Assembly: GCA_964016885.1 (NCBI GenBank)
Contig: OZ024748.1
Location: 39,618,001-39,682,000 of the forward strand
Origin: Eledone cirrhosa
Taxonomy: Eukaryota
Reading direction: 5' to 3'
DNA: 64,000 nt
Shown here: positions 1 through 13,729 of the stretch, one piece after another
How the letters are laid out: the number at the start of each line of letters is the position of its first letter
Position numbering within the stretch: position 1 is the first letter of the stretch
The notes under the pieces: generated by a model
What the model saw: the letters and a program-made list of their open reading frames with translations, nothing else
What the model was told of the DNA's origin: nothing
Databases searched by the model: none
Position numbers and translations under genes: made by a program

Positions 1-710
1 ACGGCGTGCTCATCTACTCTCGGGATCCAGAGTGGAATAAACGGGGTTGTGGGGAAAATCGCTAATTTTTCTAGTTTGTCTCTGTGATTCTTTCTTAAAC
101 CAGAATTAGTCGTTTAGATTACATATTGAAACCCCCTACCCATCTTATTTAATATGGGATTTCTAGTAATGTACTTCTATTTTGTCATGTGTGATCATTT
201 TTTTAATGTCTAAATAACATTAATTGTCGCAAGAATGCTACGACTTAAAATAATATTTCACCTGAGATAGATTAGTTAAATTTAATAAGTGGAAGTGGGT
301 TAATCTGAAAAATTTAATTTCCAGCAACGCTCTGAGAGTATATCACATAGACACATACATCCTGGTATACATATATATATACACATACACATATACATCC
401 AGGTATACATATATATACACATACACACATACATCCTGGTATATATAAACACACACACCCATACATATTCATCCAGGTATATATACACACACACATCCAG
501 GTATATATATAGACACATACACACATACATCCAGGTATATATATACACACATGCACATACAAACATATAGGTATATATACACACATACACACACACAGGT
601 ATATATATAGACACACAAACATCCAGTACAGCAAACAAGTGTTTACAGTAGAATCTTTGCTACTAAACAGATTGTTAGGAACACGTGTAATTACTGTCTG
701 AATAAAGTGA
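1..710. repeat. Block duplicated at 62842-63547; includes a CA/TA-rich minisatellite at about 345-630
   Basis: acggcgtgctcatctactct...ggatccagagtggaataaacgggg starts at both 1 and 62842 and stays colinear into the 27-bp satellite, with a few substitutions and one short indel. Confidence 0.95.
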
Positions 711-3345
711 CAACATACTGACTATGTTAAGACATCACAACATACTGACTGTGTTAAGACATCACAACATACTGACTGTGTTAAGACATCACAACATACT
801 GACTGTGTTAAGACATCACAACGTACTGACGGTGTTCAGACATCACAACATACTGACTGTGTTAAGACATCACAACATACTGACTATGTTAAGACATCAC
901 AACATACTGACTGTGTTAAGACATCACAACATACTGACTGTGTTCAGACATCACAACATACTGACTGTGTTAAGACATCACAACATACTGACTATGTTCA
1001 GACATCACAACATACTGACTGTGTTCAGACATCACAACATACTGGCTGTGTTAAGACATCACAACATACTGACTGTGTAAAGACATCACAACATACTGAC
1101 TGTGTTAAAACATCACAACATACTGACTATGTTCAGACATCACAACATACTGACTATGTTCAGACATCACAACATACTGGCTGTGTTAAAACATCACAAG
1201 ATACTAGCTGTGTTAAAACATCACAACATACTGACTGTGTTAAGACATCACAACATAGTGACTGTGTTAAGACATCACAACATACTGACTGTGTTCAGAC
1301 ATCACAACATACTGACTGTGTTAAAACATCACAACATACTGACTATGTTAAGACATCACAACATACTGACTGTGTTAAGACATCACAACATACTGACTGT
1401 GTTAAGACATCACAACATACTGACTGTGTTCAGACATCACAACATACTGACTGTGTTAAGACATCACAACATACTGACTGTGTTAAGACATCACAACATA
1501 CTGACTATGTTAAGACATCACAACATACTGACTGTGTTAAGACATCACAACATACTGACTGTGTTCAGACATCACAACATACTGACTGTGTTAAGACATC
1601 ACAACATACTGACTATGTTCAGACATCACAACATACTGACTGTGTTCAGACATCACAACATACTGGCTGTGTTAAGACATCACAACATACTGACTGTGTA
1701 AAGACATCACAACATACTGACTGTGTTAAAACATCACAACATGCTGACTATGTTCAGACATCACAACATACTGACTATGTTCAGACATCACAACATACTG
1801 GCTGTGTTAAAACATCACAAGATACTAGCTGTGTTAAAACATTACAACATACTGACTGTGTTAAGACATCACAACATACTGACTGTGTTAATACATCACA
1901 ACATACTGACTGTGTTCAGACATCACAACATACTGACTGTGTTAAAACATCACAACATACTGACTATGTTAAGACATCACAACATACTGACTGTGTTAAG
2001 ACATCACAACATACTGACTGTGTTAAGACATCACAACATACTGACTGTGTTCAGACATCACAACATACTGACTGTGTTAAGACATCACAACATACTGACT
2101 GTGTTCAGACATCACAACATACTGACTGTGTTAAGACATCACAACATACTGACTGTGTTAAGACATCACAACGTACTGACTGTGTTCAGACATCACAACA
2201 TACTGACTATGTTAAGACATCACAACATACTGACTATGTTAAGACATCACAACATACTGACTGTGTTAAGACATCACAACATACTGACTGTGTTAAAACA
2301 TCACAAGATACTAGCTGTGTTAAGACATCACAAGATACTGGCTGTGTTAAGACATCACAACATAATGGCTGTTAAGACATCACAACATACTGACTGTGTT
2401 CAGATATCACAACATACTGACTGTGTTAAAACATCACAACATACTGACTGTGTTAAGACATCACAACATACTGACTGTGTTAAGACATCAAAACATACTG
2501 ACTGTGTTAAGACATCACAACATACTGACTGTGTTCAGACATCACAACATACTGACTGTGTTAAGACATCACAACATACTGGCTGTGTTAAGACATCACA
2601 AGATACTGGCTGTGTTAAGACATCACAACGTACTGACTGTGTTAAGACATCACAAGATACTGGCTGTGTTAAGACATCACAACGTACTGACTGTGTTAAA
2701 ACATCACAAGATACTAGCTGTGTTAAGACATCACAAGATACTGGCTGTGTTAAGACATCACAAGATACTGGCTGTTAAGACATCACAAGATACTGGCTGT
2801 TAGGACATCACAAGATACTGGCTGTGTTAAGAGATCACAAGATACTGGCTGTTAACACATCACAAGATACTGGCTGTGTGAAGACATCACAACATACTGG
2901 CTGTGTTAAGACATCACAAGATACTGACTGTGTTAAGACATCACAACATACTGACTGTGTTAAGACATCACAACATACTGACTGTGTTAAGACATCACAA
3001 CATACTGACTGTGTTCAGACATCACAACATACTGGCTGTGTTAAGACATCACAAGATACTGGCTGTGTTAAGACATCACAACATACTGACTGTGTTAAGA
3101 CATCACAACATACTGACTGTTAAGACATCACAACATACTGACTGTGTTAAGACATCACAACATACTGACTGTTAAGACATCACAACATACTGACTGTTAA
3201 GACATCACAACATACTGGCTGTTAAGACATCACAAGATACTGACTGTGTTAAGACATCACAAGATACTGGCTGTGTTAAGACATCATAAGATACTGGCTG
3301 TGTTAAGACATCACAACATACTGGCTGTTAAGACATCACAAGATA
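711..3345. repeat. 27-bp minisatellite (gttaagacatcacaacatactgactgt)n, about 97 units
   Basis: Visible tandem unit. The LRHHNILTV and KTSQHTDCV ORFs are its translations. Confidence 0.98.
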
Positions 3346-3624
3346 ATATCAAAAGACTCGTCAGGGTGAGTATCGAACCCAGGAAACTACGATCACTAAT
3401 CAATCGGAATATTATATAAGCTATTATATAAACTGAATAACTTAGAAAAGTTATGCCAGAAAAAGAGGTCAGATGTTGCGCAAATATCTTACATAATTAC
3501 AGAGATTCTTTTTTACAACGTATTAATAAATGTGTTCCACACCTATCCCTGTTTTTATATACCCTACACAGACACCTATATATTAGTGTGCGTAATGTAT
3601 ACGTATAATATAATATATACATAT

Positions 3625-3691
<67 letters not shown>

Positions 3692-3949
3692 CGCTGAAAT
3701 ACCAATGAATATAAGATCATTGATGGACGACTAATTTTATTCATATGTAACTCATGTGCGAATTTTATTCATATGTAACTCATATGCGAATTTTTAAAAA
3801 TTAATTTTGAAACTTTTTCCTTATTTGCTAAACCTTGATTATATATGTTCTGGCTCGTTAATTTATTAACCTGCCATTGAACCACATTGGCATATGGTTA
3901 GACAATACATGTGTCCCTTAGCGCCTTGTGCGTGTAGGAACACATATCC

Positions 3950-3997
<48 letters not shown>

Positions 3998-4361
3998 ATA
4001 GGTATAAGTACATAGGTTGGTGGTGGTGTTGTAAAGTGTGAAATCCCACAAAGGTGTCAAATCAAATAATACAGACAGTTACATAAATGTAAACGAATAA
4101 AATAGGTGGAGAGGTGAGAAGAGAAAACTGGCAGAGGAAATGGTTGAATGTACTAACATATTTAATTGGTTTGGGGTTCTTTAGAATCTTTAAACAAATG
4201 TAAATCTTTTACAATTGTTTATCAATTATATAACCCTATAGGATTGCCATATTGTGTCATAATTATAAAGTTGTTTGAGAATTACGCAGGGTTATATAAC
4301 GATTGGGGAACATTGTTGAAACATTAAGTAAGTTGTTCAGCCTAGGAGAGTTTTTAGATAA

Positions 4362-4460
4362 AGGTAGGTAGGTAGGTACGTATGTACGTATGTACGTATG
4401 TAGGTTGGTAGGCAAGGACATAGATAGATATATGGATGGATAGATAGGTAGATAGATAGA
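4362..4460. repeat. (GTAG/GTAC/GATA)n microsatellite forming the 3' tail or target of the LINE
   Basis: Tetranucleotide runs directly abut tttatt (AATAAA on the minus strand) at the LINE 3' end. Confidence 0.85.
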
Positions 4461-7400
4461 TTTCTTTATTAGCCACAAGGACGCAACAAGAAAAGGGGAC
4501 AATACAAAGACATACCGGGGATTTTACATACACTTGTGTAAAAAATATAAAAACAAACAATTACAACAATCTAAATCCCCAATAGGGGGGAGGCGCCACA
4601 AATGGGTTGTTTAATACCCCGTCGATCGAACAACCCTCAACTCCAGGAGCGTGTTGTGCAAGTGCTCCTTTCTTCCTTTTGCTCTCTTCCTCAACCTACA
4701 GGCTTATAAACAGAGAAGGCCCAATCACTCGGGCCATTTTCGCTTCATTCACCCACCTTTCAGTAAATTTACTGGGGTGCAGTGCCTCTCTTTCCACCCT
4801 GATTCTCCTTCTAAAGTGATACTTAAAGAAGGGAATCAATTGTTGTCCGGAGAGAAAGGCATCTGTCCTCAGTCCTCTCAACCTCGTCCACCATATAACT
4901 TCTTTCACAATAACCACCGTACAGAGGAAAACCGCCTCTCTTTCGTTTTTGAAAGAGGCTGGCGGTTTGATCCTTACTATGGACTCGGCAGTCAACTGGA
5001 TTTGTCCCATACGCGACAGCAGTTGTTCTGCATAGTTCCACAGGTCGGTTACGCCCGGGCAGTGTACAATTGCGTGCAGAACTGTTTCAATGTCCTGCGC
5101 ACATCTTGGACACGTCCTCTTGGAAGGATCCTTGCCGGGGCGTCCGTGCCTGTAGATCTTGTCACGAACCGGTAGAGCTCCTCGGTAGTACTGCCAGGCC
5201 AGGGATCTCTGGAAGTTGTCCATAGGTCCCGGGCGGAAAGTCCTACCAAACAGACTAGTGAGCTCATCGTATTCGACGCCCAGAGTCTCTCCGAGCACGT
5301 CGTCGCCCTTGTAACGTACAATCCCTCTATAGAATGTCGAAGTGGAGTCTCCACTGATTGCTGCGCCCGCTTGCCAGAGGACTGTGAGCGCCTGAACGCA
5401 TTCAATGTGCCAGGCGCCCATCGTTTTCGGTCTTTTCTTCACCCAGGACTGCAGCTCCGTTAGCGAGATGAGCTGTGGGAAAGCCTGACTCACAAACGGT
5501 TCCCACACCGGTTGGGGGTCGGTGAGGAATACCTGGAGATGCCGCAGACGGATCTCCTCACCAGCGGAGCCTGCTTCTTCCACAGAAACTGGAAGAGCAT
5601 GCGTTACATCTTGGCGAGGTGTTCACGGGGACAAGGCATGACAGTCAAGCGGTAGTAGATGACGGACGCTATGAAAGTGTTCGCCACCTCCGCTCGACCT
5701 TTCAAGGACACTTTGCACTCTGCCCACTTCTGAGTGAGTGAAAACACCTTGGCCGTGACCTCGTTCCAGTTTTTCTCCACCTGGAGGTCTGGACCGAACC
5801 AGACCCCGAGCAATTTCACCGGTCCGTCCGTCCAGCGTCCAACGACGCTGTCGGATGTCATCGGTTTGCCTCTCCACGTACCGAGTTGCAAACCGACAGA
5901 CTTGTCTGGGTTTAGTTTTTCTCCCGTCAGCGTTTCGTATTCTTTCAGTAAGTTGCCGATCACCCCGATTTCCGAGGTGCTCGACACCATTACCGTTACG
6001 TCGTCGGCATAAGCCGACGCCGCTTTGCGAAGTCCCGGTTCTAGGGGATGCCCTGCAACAGCTCCAATTTCCGCAGTAGTGGCTTTAGAGTCAATACATA
6101 CAGAATGGAGGAGAGAGAGCATCCCTGTCGAATGGAACGCGTGATTGCGAACGGCTCCGATAACGGCGTCCGTGTTCGAGAGACGCGGCAGGCCGTCGAG
6201 GTATTAACTAAAGTCCATTGCCCCGTTCAGCTCACCGTCGTTCTGCTCAAACAGTCACGCAAAGTGCCGCTGAAATGCCGCGCACATTTGCTTGGGGTTA
6301 AGTAGCACGCGTCCGTATAGGTCTTTCAAAGACCGAATCGTGGACTTGTTGCCACTTTTTGCCTCCGCCACTCGGGCCCAGCTGACAGCTTTCGCTCCTT
6401 CGTTTCCTAGAGCACGTGTTTTGCTTCTGATGCCTTCGTGTTTCGCATCGAAGAACTGGTCCAGTGCCGTTCTCGACGCTAACACTCTAGCCGCGTTGCC
6501 ACTTCTAAGTTCCTCCTCTACCTTGGCTACTAGTTCTTTTTCTATTCTGTTTTTCTCTTAGGCTAACTCTCTGCTATACCCTATCGATTCTATTCTAATT
6601 GCTTTCTTGAGAGAGTACCACCATCTATTGTTGACGATGGCTCACGTTAACCGTTGCTTGACTAGTCTACTTATCCGTTCACTGTAAGCTTTACGTGCCG
6701 GCAACGACATGTTCAGCTTCCAGTATCCGTGACCCTGTCTATGTATTCTATCACGGTTGACTAAGCAGACGACTAACTTGTGATCTGAATAGGCAACCAT
6801 GTGCATTCGTGGACAGCTTAACATCTCCTTGTCCCTTTCTCTAATGAAGAACCTATCTAAATACGATCTAGATGTCCCACTGCGGTTTACCCACGTCCAC
6901 TGTGGTGCAGTCGGGAAATCCAGTCGATACCTATCGGCCAGTTGGAATTGGCCGATTAAAGTTTTGAGGCTGTTGCACCCGCTCTACTGGGACATGCTCC
7001 CACATAGTCCCATCGTGCATCTAGGATACCATTCCAGTCCCCCACTAAAATTAAGGAGCGAGACGTTCCGAGAAAAGACTAGACGCTTAAAGAAGTCTGG
7101 CCGTGTGTGCGATTTCCCGGTCGGGGCATAAACGGCCACCAGTCTGAAGGCTCCACCTCCGATACTGTTCACGTCTAGGACTACCAGTCTACCCTCCGGG
7201 TCCAAGTGTACTTGCTGTACTCCGACGTCCAGGTTCTTCCGAAACATAACAGCCACTCCACCTCCACCTCCTAGCTGACAGAGAGATGCGTAGATCTCAA
7301 AGTCGTCGAAGATGGGGTTAGTTGCTGCCTGTTGTGGATCCTGGACTCGGTGATGGCTATCACATCCATACTGTGTGACCTAAGGTCGTTTAAAAGTTGG

Positions 7401-9392
7401 CCCTGTTTCCAGGGCATCCCTAGGCCACGCACATTCACGGTTCCAACTCGTAAACCAGCCATGTTGGTGAAGAAAAGTTGGAGAAAAAGGATGAAATGTG
7501 CACTTACCTTTTCGTTTCCTGGAGATCGGGTTGTTCAATCTCCATTTGGGTGCTGGATGGGGTGTTGGGTGGGGTGGGGAAACATTTTAACAGGACGCGG
7601 TTGATGGGTTGTGGCAGGGGTTGCCCACGTCCTGTGAACATTTAATCTTTAGGTCTTTATAGGTTTCCATAGAAACCCTTATAAGTTTAAGGTGTGGAGA
7701 CGATTCTGCCTTGACGAAAGTTTTGACCTCCGTCTCCACCTTGGGGTTTGGGGAGATGACCTCCATCAAACTCTTGTTGTTTGTGTTGATGTATGCGTAT
7801 TGTTGTTTGTGTTTTTGTTGTGTTGTTTTAGTTTGTTTTTCATCCGGGAGTTTTCTTTTTATGGTGGGTGCTTGTGTTTGGGGTGGTGTTGGTGCTGGTG
7901 TTGCTGATAGGGGGATGTTTGACTGTGGTGTTGTTTGTGTTGTTGTTTGTGTCTGTGGTTGTGTGTTGGTGTTGGTGATTGGAGTTTTGAGGGTTTTGTG
8001 GTGTCTCTTTTTTTGTTGTTTAGATTTCCGCGGTTCTCCCTCTTCTTCACTTAAAGAAGGAGAAGCAGCTTCATCCGTCGATGAATAATCATCGTCAGGT
8101 GTGTGGGGTAAGGGTATGTTGTGTGCTGGTGGTGTTTCGGTATGTGTGTTTGTGGTAGTGTTTGATGGAGTGGGATGGAGTGGGGATGTGTTCTTCAGGG
8201 GTGTTGTCTCTGTTTTTTTCTGTTGTTGTTGGTTGAGTGTCTGTTTGTTTTGGTGTGGTTGTACTTGTGGTGGTGGTGGTTGTTTTGGTGTTGGTGTTTG
8301 TTGGTAATAGCGTTTATTTTATGATGTTGTTGTTGTGTGTGTGTGGACAAGAGGCTTTTGGGTGAGCTGTGCTACCACAGCGAAAGCATTGAAATTTTCG
8401 TCCTTCTACCGAAATGTTTATTTTGTTGTTATTATCAATAACGACTCTTACGGGTATTTTGGAGATTCTCTCCGGTTTCATTTGCAACAGAATCTCCAAA
8501 TCTGTGTCCGCGCACCTTTGTCGAATAGATTTTCGTATTGAAAGTATTATATCTGTTTCTGGCTCTACGAAGCCAGCCAAGATCCACCAGATGTTAATGT
8601 TTGGAGGTATGTTTTTTATTTTTATTTTTTGTGTCCTTTTCCCCATGTATGTAGGGAAAAAGGTGCATGCTTTTGACACCATTGGTGTCACAGAGTTTTT
8701 TTGGGCGAGTGCCTCGCTTTTAAACAGTACGGAAACACTTCCGTACTGTTTTCCTCGCTGGAGAAAATCGACATTTGCTAGAATTTCCTTGAAAGTATCT
8801 TCTATATCTGCTTGATTAACAAATTTCGGCTTTCTTGTCGAATTTGACACAGTCCTAAAAGTGACTGATCTGCGGATTGTGTCTTCCTTTATTTCAAGGG
8901 GTGAGTTAATTCTAAACCCACCTCTTTCTTCGAAAGTTACAAATTTTCTCCCTTGCTGGAACATATCTCTTGCGTTGGAGATATCAAGATTTATAAAATC
9001 TTGTTTTTTGTTCACTGTTTCAGGGAAAGACATTTTCTTTTTTTGTGTGGTGTTACTGTTGATGTTGTTGTTATCGTTGTTGGAAATCTCAGTTCCTTGT
9101 CGAGGTGAAACTTTATGTGTAGATGTATCTGTAGAGTTGTTGATGTCTTTTTCATGTGTATGTATGTCAATGGGTTTAATTGCTGTGTTTTCCTGTGTGT
9201 TATTGTTATTTTTCTCAGCTTCGACGGTAGAAATTTTAAAATTTTCAAATGTTAAAATATGTTTCTCTTTGCCCCCCAGCTGACAATTCAGGTTGGGGGT
9301 TAATCTACAAAATAATGTTTTTTCAAACAATTAGTTCGGTTTTTTGCATAGAAATTAACAAAAAAGCTTACCGGCGATGTTCCACACGTCAG
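4461..9392 (-). mobile_element. Near full-length, decayed L1/Tx1-clade non-LTR retrotransposon
   Basis: ORF1 has a CCHC knuckle (CFRCGSTAHPKASC). ORF2 fragments: APE endonuclease (GTVNVRGL, IAITES, VYAP, SDH; from 7462 downward), RT (SAYADDVT, KLLGVWFG) and C-terminal CPRC..ETVLHAIVHC. It has frameshifts, stops and an internal deletion of the RT N-half near 6120-6200. Confidence 0.92.
8314..9330 (-). pseudogene. LINE ORF1 (gag-like, zinc knuckle), probably ended by a premature stop
   Basis: 338-aa ORF ending in CX2CX4HX4C. A low-complexity T/K/Q-rich continuation lies at 7590-8310. Confidence 0.75.
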
Positions 9393-9419
9393 ACAGAAAG
9401 AGAGATAGGTAGATAGATA

Positions 9420-10596
9420 TGTTTCTTTATTAGCCACAGGGGCACAAAAGAAGGGGACAAATACAAAGGGGGAAGTTTACATACAATAAAAACGTGTAAA
9501 ATGTTATCACAAATGCAATTTAAAAAGTTAGTCGATTTTCGCCAATAGAGGGAAACAGTTTATATGGGTAACACATACCCCCGAAAAAATGTGCAACCCT
9601 CATCTCCAGGAGTACGAAGAGTTTGTACTCCTTTCCTCTCCTCCTCCTTTTCCTCAACCTACAGACTGATATAGAGAGAAAGCCCATTCACTCGGACCAT
9701 TCTCGCCACTTTCACCCACCTTTCATAAAACTTGCTGGGGTACAGCACCTCTCTCTCCATCCTGATTCTTCTTCCAAAGTGGTATTTGAAAAAAAGAATC
9801 AGTTGTTGGCCGGAGAGAAAGGTGTCTGACTTCAGCCCTTTCAACCTTGTCCACTATACAACCGCTTTCGCCATAGCTAACACACAAAGGAAGACCGCCT
9901 CTCCTTCGTTTTTGAAGGAGGGTGGCGGTTTGATCATGACAATGGACTCGGCGGTCAACCGGATTGGTCCCACCCGCGACAATAGTCGTTCTACATAGCA
10001 CCACAGGTCAGTGACGCCCGGGCAGTGTATGAATGCGTGCGCGACGGTTTCTTCGACTCGCACGCACCTCGGACAGATCGTTTTTGCAGGGTCCCTGCCC
10101 GGGCGCCCATGTCTGTAGAGCTTGTCTCGAACTGGTAGAGCTCCTCGGTAGCATTGCCAGGCCAGGGACTTTTGGAAGTTGTCCATCGGTCCCGGGCGGA
10201 AGGTCCTACCGAACAGACTGGCCAGTTCATCTTCCTCTACGCCTAAAGTTTTCCCGAGCGCGTCGTCGCACTTGCTGCGGATCAACCCTCTATAGAATGA
10301 CGAAGTGGAGTCTCCACTGATCGCCGGGTCCGCCTGCCAGAGGGCTGTGAGCGCCTGAGCACATTCGATGTGCCAGTCGCCCATTTTCCTCGGTCTTTGC
10401 TTGACCCAGGACTGCAGCTCGGTCAGCGAGACGAGTCGTGGGAAGGCTCGCCTCACGAACGGGGCCCACACCGGTTGTCCGGTGAGGAATACGTAGAGAT
10501 GCCGCAGCCTGAGCGCGTGTTTGCGCATCGTCAACCACGGCATCCCCAGCCCTCCGTTAGAAGGGTGTTGGCAGCAGATGGATCTTCTCACCAAAA
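9420..10596 (-). mobile_element. Second, 5'-truncated copy of a related L1/Tx1 LINE (ORF2 C-terminus plus 3' UTR)
   Basis: HPSNGGLGMPW..GRTFRPGPMDNFQKSLAWQCYRGALPVRDK..CPRC is homologous to 4696-5583. It has the same tttattagccaca 3' end with a (GATA)-type tail at 9395-9420. Confidence 0.92.
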
Positions 10597-10930
10597 GGTA
10601 AGTCCTACGCAATCTATGTTTACATGCAGTAACCAGTTCATCTTTCTTGTTTAGGAGTTGGTCCGTCGAAAACAGCATTTGTAAAGTTTCCTCCGAGCAT
10701 AAATTGCACGGACGTTAGGACCAGGTTGTTTGTGATGTTCCTAGGATGGTTTGATCGGCGGTGGATGTAGTGCAGGTTGTCATTAGGTTTCCTGTATGGG
10801 TAGTACAGGTCGTTTTCGAGGTCGAGGGTCACGTCCAGGAAGTTTACTCGGGTCAGGGACGTTTGTAGGGTTATTTTAAATCCCCAGTCGCGGAAGAAGC
10901 TGATTAATTGTTTCCGGACCCGATCTGTAC
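10597..10930 (-). mobile_element. Penelope-like element fragment (RT end and GIY-YIG C-terminus, internally deleted)
   Basis: FLDVTLDLENDLYYPYRKPNDNLHYIHRRSNHP, then LLNKKDELVTACKHR; these are typical PLE motifs. Confidence 0.8.
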
Positions 10931-10949
10931 TACTGGGGTTGTACCCTTT

Positions 10950-12305
10950 AAGGGTAAGGAGGAAACTTTACAAATGTTGTTTTCGACTGACCAACTCCTA
11001 AACAAGAAAGATGAACTGGTTACTGCATGTAAACATAGATTGCGTAGGACTTACCTCGCCCTCAAACCCCATAATGACGGGGGGGGCGGTAGACTAGGGC
11101 TATAACACCCCACTTGCCGATTTTGCAATGGGTAACCCCTGCTTGCCAAGGGAGACGTAAGATCTTTTTATTCTTTTATCGCTTCCTTTATTTCCTTCTT
11201 CCCCCATCCCTCCTTAGTCCTTCTACCCCAGCTCTTCTTCTTTGTCGGCGTCTTTTCTCGCCCACCCGAGGCTGCCCTTTGGCCCCTTGTAGCCTCAGTA
11301 CCCCCACCCCCTCCCCTAGTCTATGATAGATTTGGCGGACTCCGCTTTTTATAGCAGCTGGTTTAGACCCCGGATACTTGCCCCCTTTTTCCGACCGCTC
11401 CCACTATTTTCCGTGCCTTCTATATTTCTTAGTGGCACTTATGCCTTATTTTCTCGTTTCAGTATTTCTTTCTTCGCTTTTATTTTGGGCGGGGTGGATT
11501 CTGAATTTATTTTTCCGTATTCTACCTTTACTTCGTACGAACTTTCATGTAGCTTGTATAAGATCTTTTAGAGTTAGCATTAGTATATATTTTTTTCGGG
11601 ACTCAGAATTATTATCTCGTACTAGTTTACTTTGCTGCACTGGGTGGATGCTGGCATTGTGCCCGGGATAGAAACCTTTATTATTTATTTCGTGGTAGTC
11701 TCTTTAGTATTTTGGCCCCATTTGTTGACCCGTCACCGTATGATTTACGTACTTATACCTCTTAAAAGGGTCCTTGCCTATTCCGTCCCACCTAGTTCAT
11801 TTACTTATTTCGTTACTTCTTTATTTCTTTCTTTACTTCTTTCTTTCTTTATTTATTTATCTATCTAGCCTAACAATAGCTAGAGACTTAGGTCGTTGAA
11901 CTTGCTTTACTTTTTTCTTTACACTTACTCGCTTTTCTTCACTCTCAGTATTTTTTCTTTCTTATATATTTTTACCCCTCATTGTTCTACCTACCGTTCC
12001 TACTTCCTCCCTCTCCCCCTCCCCAGTATCTTCTTTGACCTCATGCCCAGCTGTAGCTGGCACTACCAACGCTTGATTGGGTCTACTCCACCCACTCCTC
12101 TCTTTCTCCTACTGGCAGGTTTAGCCACCATCTCCCCTACTAATTTGCAATCACAGAATTACTACTGACTTTTGACAATCACTTTGACCATATATGGAAT
12201 TACCCCTTCAGAAGATCGGCTATTTAAATACCAGGATAAATTTTCATTTAGTCCAGAATTAGCCGTCGAAACGGCTTGAGCTCAGCCATCGGGGTCTTAC
12301 TGGTT
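10950..12305 (+). mobile_element. Penelope-like pseudo-LTR (ORF end plus 3' UTR), inverted relative to 10597-10930
   Basis: EETLQMLFSTDQLLNKKDELVTACKHRLRRTYLALKP, then a pyrimidine-rich UTR ending in a hammerhead-like motif at 12203-12294. Confidence 0.8.
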
Positions 12306-12307
12306 CC

Positions 12308-12334
<27 letters not shown>

Positions 12335-12338
<4 letters not shown>

Positions 12339-12550
12339 TAAAATAACAGATTAAAGTTTAAGCAAAGAATCGCTGCTTTCACCCTTAACGGGATCTTCTG
12401 AAACTAACAAAGTCAATCTGTAAACGCAGAAGTGGATATTTCAAATTTATTTTAATAAATATTTGCTCTAGTGTTATATATTTGATATATACTTATCCTT
12501 ATCGAGCCCTCTTTGGATTTTAGTCTTCAAATTTATTATTATTACTATAT
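12335..12550. repeat. Dispersed repeat (PLE-end-like); copies at about 13630-13730, 19215-19370 (inverted) and 20565-20640 (inverted, degenerate)
   Basis: Shared ttaaaataacagattaaagtttaagcaaagaatcgctgctttcacccttaac. Confidence 0.8.
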
Positions 12551-12666
12551 ATATATATATATATATAGCCTGTTGACCTAAGTGGCAACGGGAATATTTC
12601 AACTTTGAAAAGAAGAATAAAGCTTCGAGGTGTTTTGACTAGTTTAAGTAAACAGGTGAGACATAT

Positions 12667-12692
12667 ATGTCAACGAATCGCTATTATATAAG
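12667..12692 (+). CDS. Candidate ATG leader exon (MSTNRYYI-S) for the plus-strand tryptophanase-like exon(s)
   Basis: ATG TCA ACG AAT CGC TAT TAT ATA AG|GTAAGG is a strong phase-2 donor, compatible with the acceptors at 22638 and 28362. No transcript evidence. Confidence 0.4.
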
Positions 12693-12814
12693 GTAAGGTG
12701 TGAAGTTAACTAACTATTATTAACAATGTAAAAGCAAACGTATCCTGTTCGGTTTGTATCGGCAATAATAATAACTTCTGATTTAGGTACAAAGTAATGA
12801 TAGAAATAACAATA

Positions 12815-12978
12815 AGTTTTACTATAGGCACAAGACCAACAGTATAAGAGGGGGGAGATGCAATTAAATCGACCCCAGTGTATTACTGGTACTTTATTTT
12901 ATCGACCCTGTAAGGATGAAAGGTAAAGTTAACCTCGGCAGGATTTGAACTCAGGATGTAAAGGGCCGTAACTCTATG
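12815..12978 (-). mobile_element. SINE, family 1
   Basis: Reverse complement of the core gagttcaaatcc.gccgaggttaacttt.cctttcatcct....gggtcgataaaataaagtaccagt, which recurs 7 times in the window. Confidence 0.85.
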
Positions 12979-13319
12979 TTGATGAGCTTATCGAGCCCTG
13001 TTTGGATTTTAGTCTTCAAATTTATTTTTATTACTATATGTAAATATATATATTATAAGCGTAAATATGCAAGAAAAAACGTGTAAAACTGTTAACTTCT
13101 GGCCAATTATTTTTTTTTTTGCTTCTATTTAATCATATTTGTTGAAGTTGTTTACGAAAGGTGGACAGCGTTGTTATTATTCTCTGAAAGTTTCTTTACC
13201 ATTTCTCATACTTAAACTCGTTTCACTTTCCAACTTCTCCCGATGAACGTGACCGTCTTACATTCTTCATATGTTTCATCCTTTCATTATGTAAAAGTAA
13301 AATGTTTAATATATATATA

Positions 13320-13620
13320 CTAGCAGAATGGCCCGGCGCTGCTCGGGATTCTAAACTTAGATTGGCATGTTTATCCCTCCTTTCTGAAACAGTTTCGTCG
13401 TATGTTCATCAATTGATGCAGGAGTCCTAATAAAAAGTGAAGTCGCCTTGGGTGAATAGGCAAATAATTTTCCATTAAGATTTTTCAAAAGTATGTAATT
13501 GCGTTCCCACTCTTTTTTGTTGTTGTTTTTGCTGCTGTAGAGCCTCGTGAAATAAATATGTTTGTTTATATTTTGTTATTGTGTATGAAAAAATATCTGT
13601 ACACAAATATATAATTATAT
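13320..13620 (-). mobile_element. Non-autonomous Helitron-like element 3' end
   Basis: The minus strand ends CCCGAGCAGCGCCGGG-CCATTCTG-CTAG|T, a GC hairpin followed by CTAG. The far boundary is uncertain. Confidence 0.55.
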
Positions 13621-13729
13621 ATATATGGATATTAAAATAACAGATTAAAGTTTAAGCAAAGAATCGCTGCTTTCACCCTTAACGGGATCTTCTGAAACTA
13701 AAAAAAATCAATTTGTGAACGCAGAAGCA

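Noticed and set aside
724-3175. Long His-rich repeat ORFs (LRHHNILTV / KTSQHTDCV)
   Set aside because: Translations of a 27-bp satellite whose unit is a multiple of 3. Frames break at 25-bp variants and array length differs between the two copies.
9854-10678. 274-aa ORF as a novel fusion protein
   Set aside because: Chance in-frame junction of a Penelope ORF end and a truncated Tx1 ORF2.
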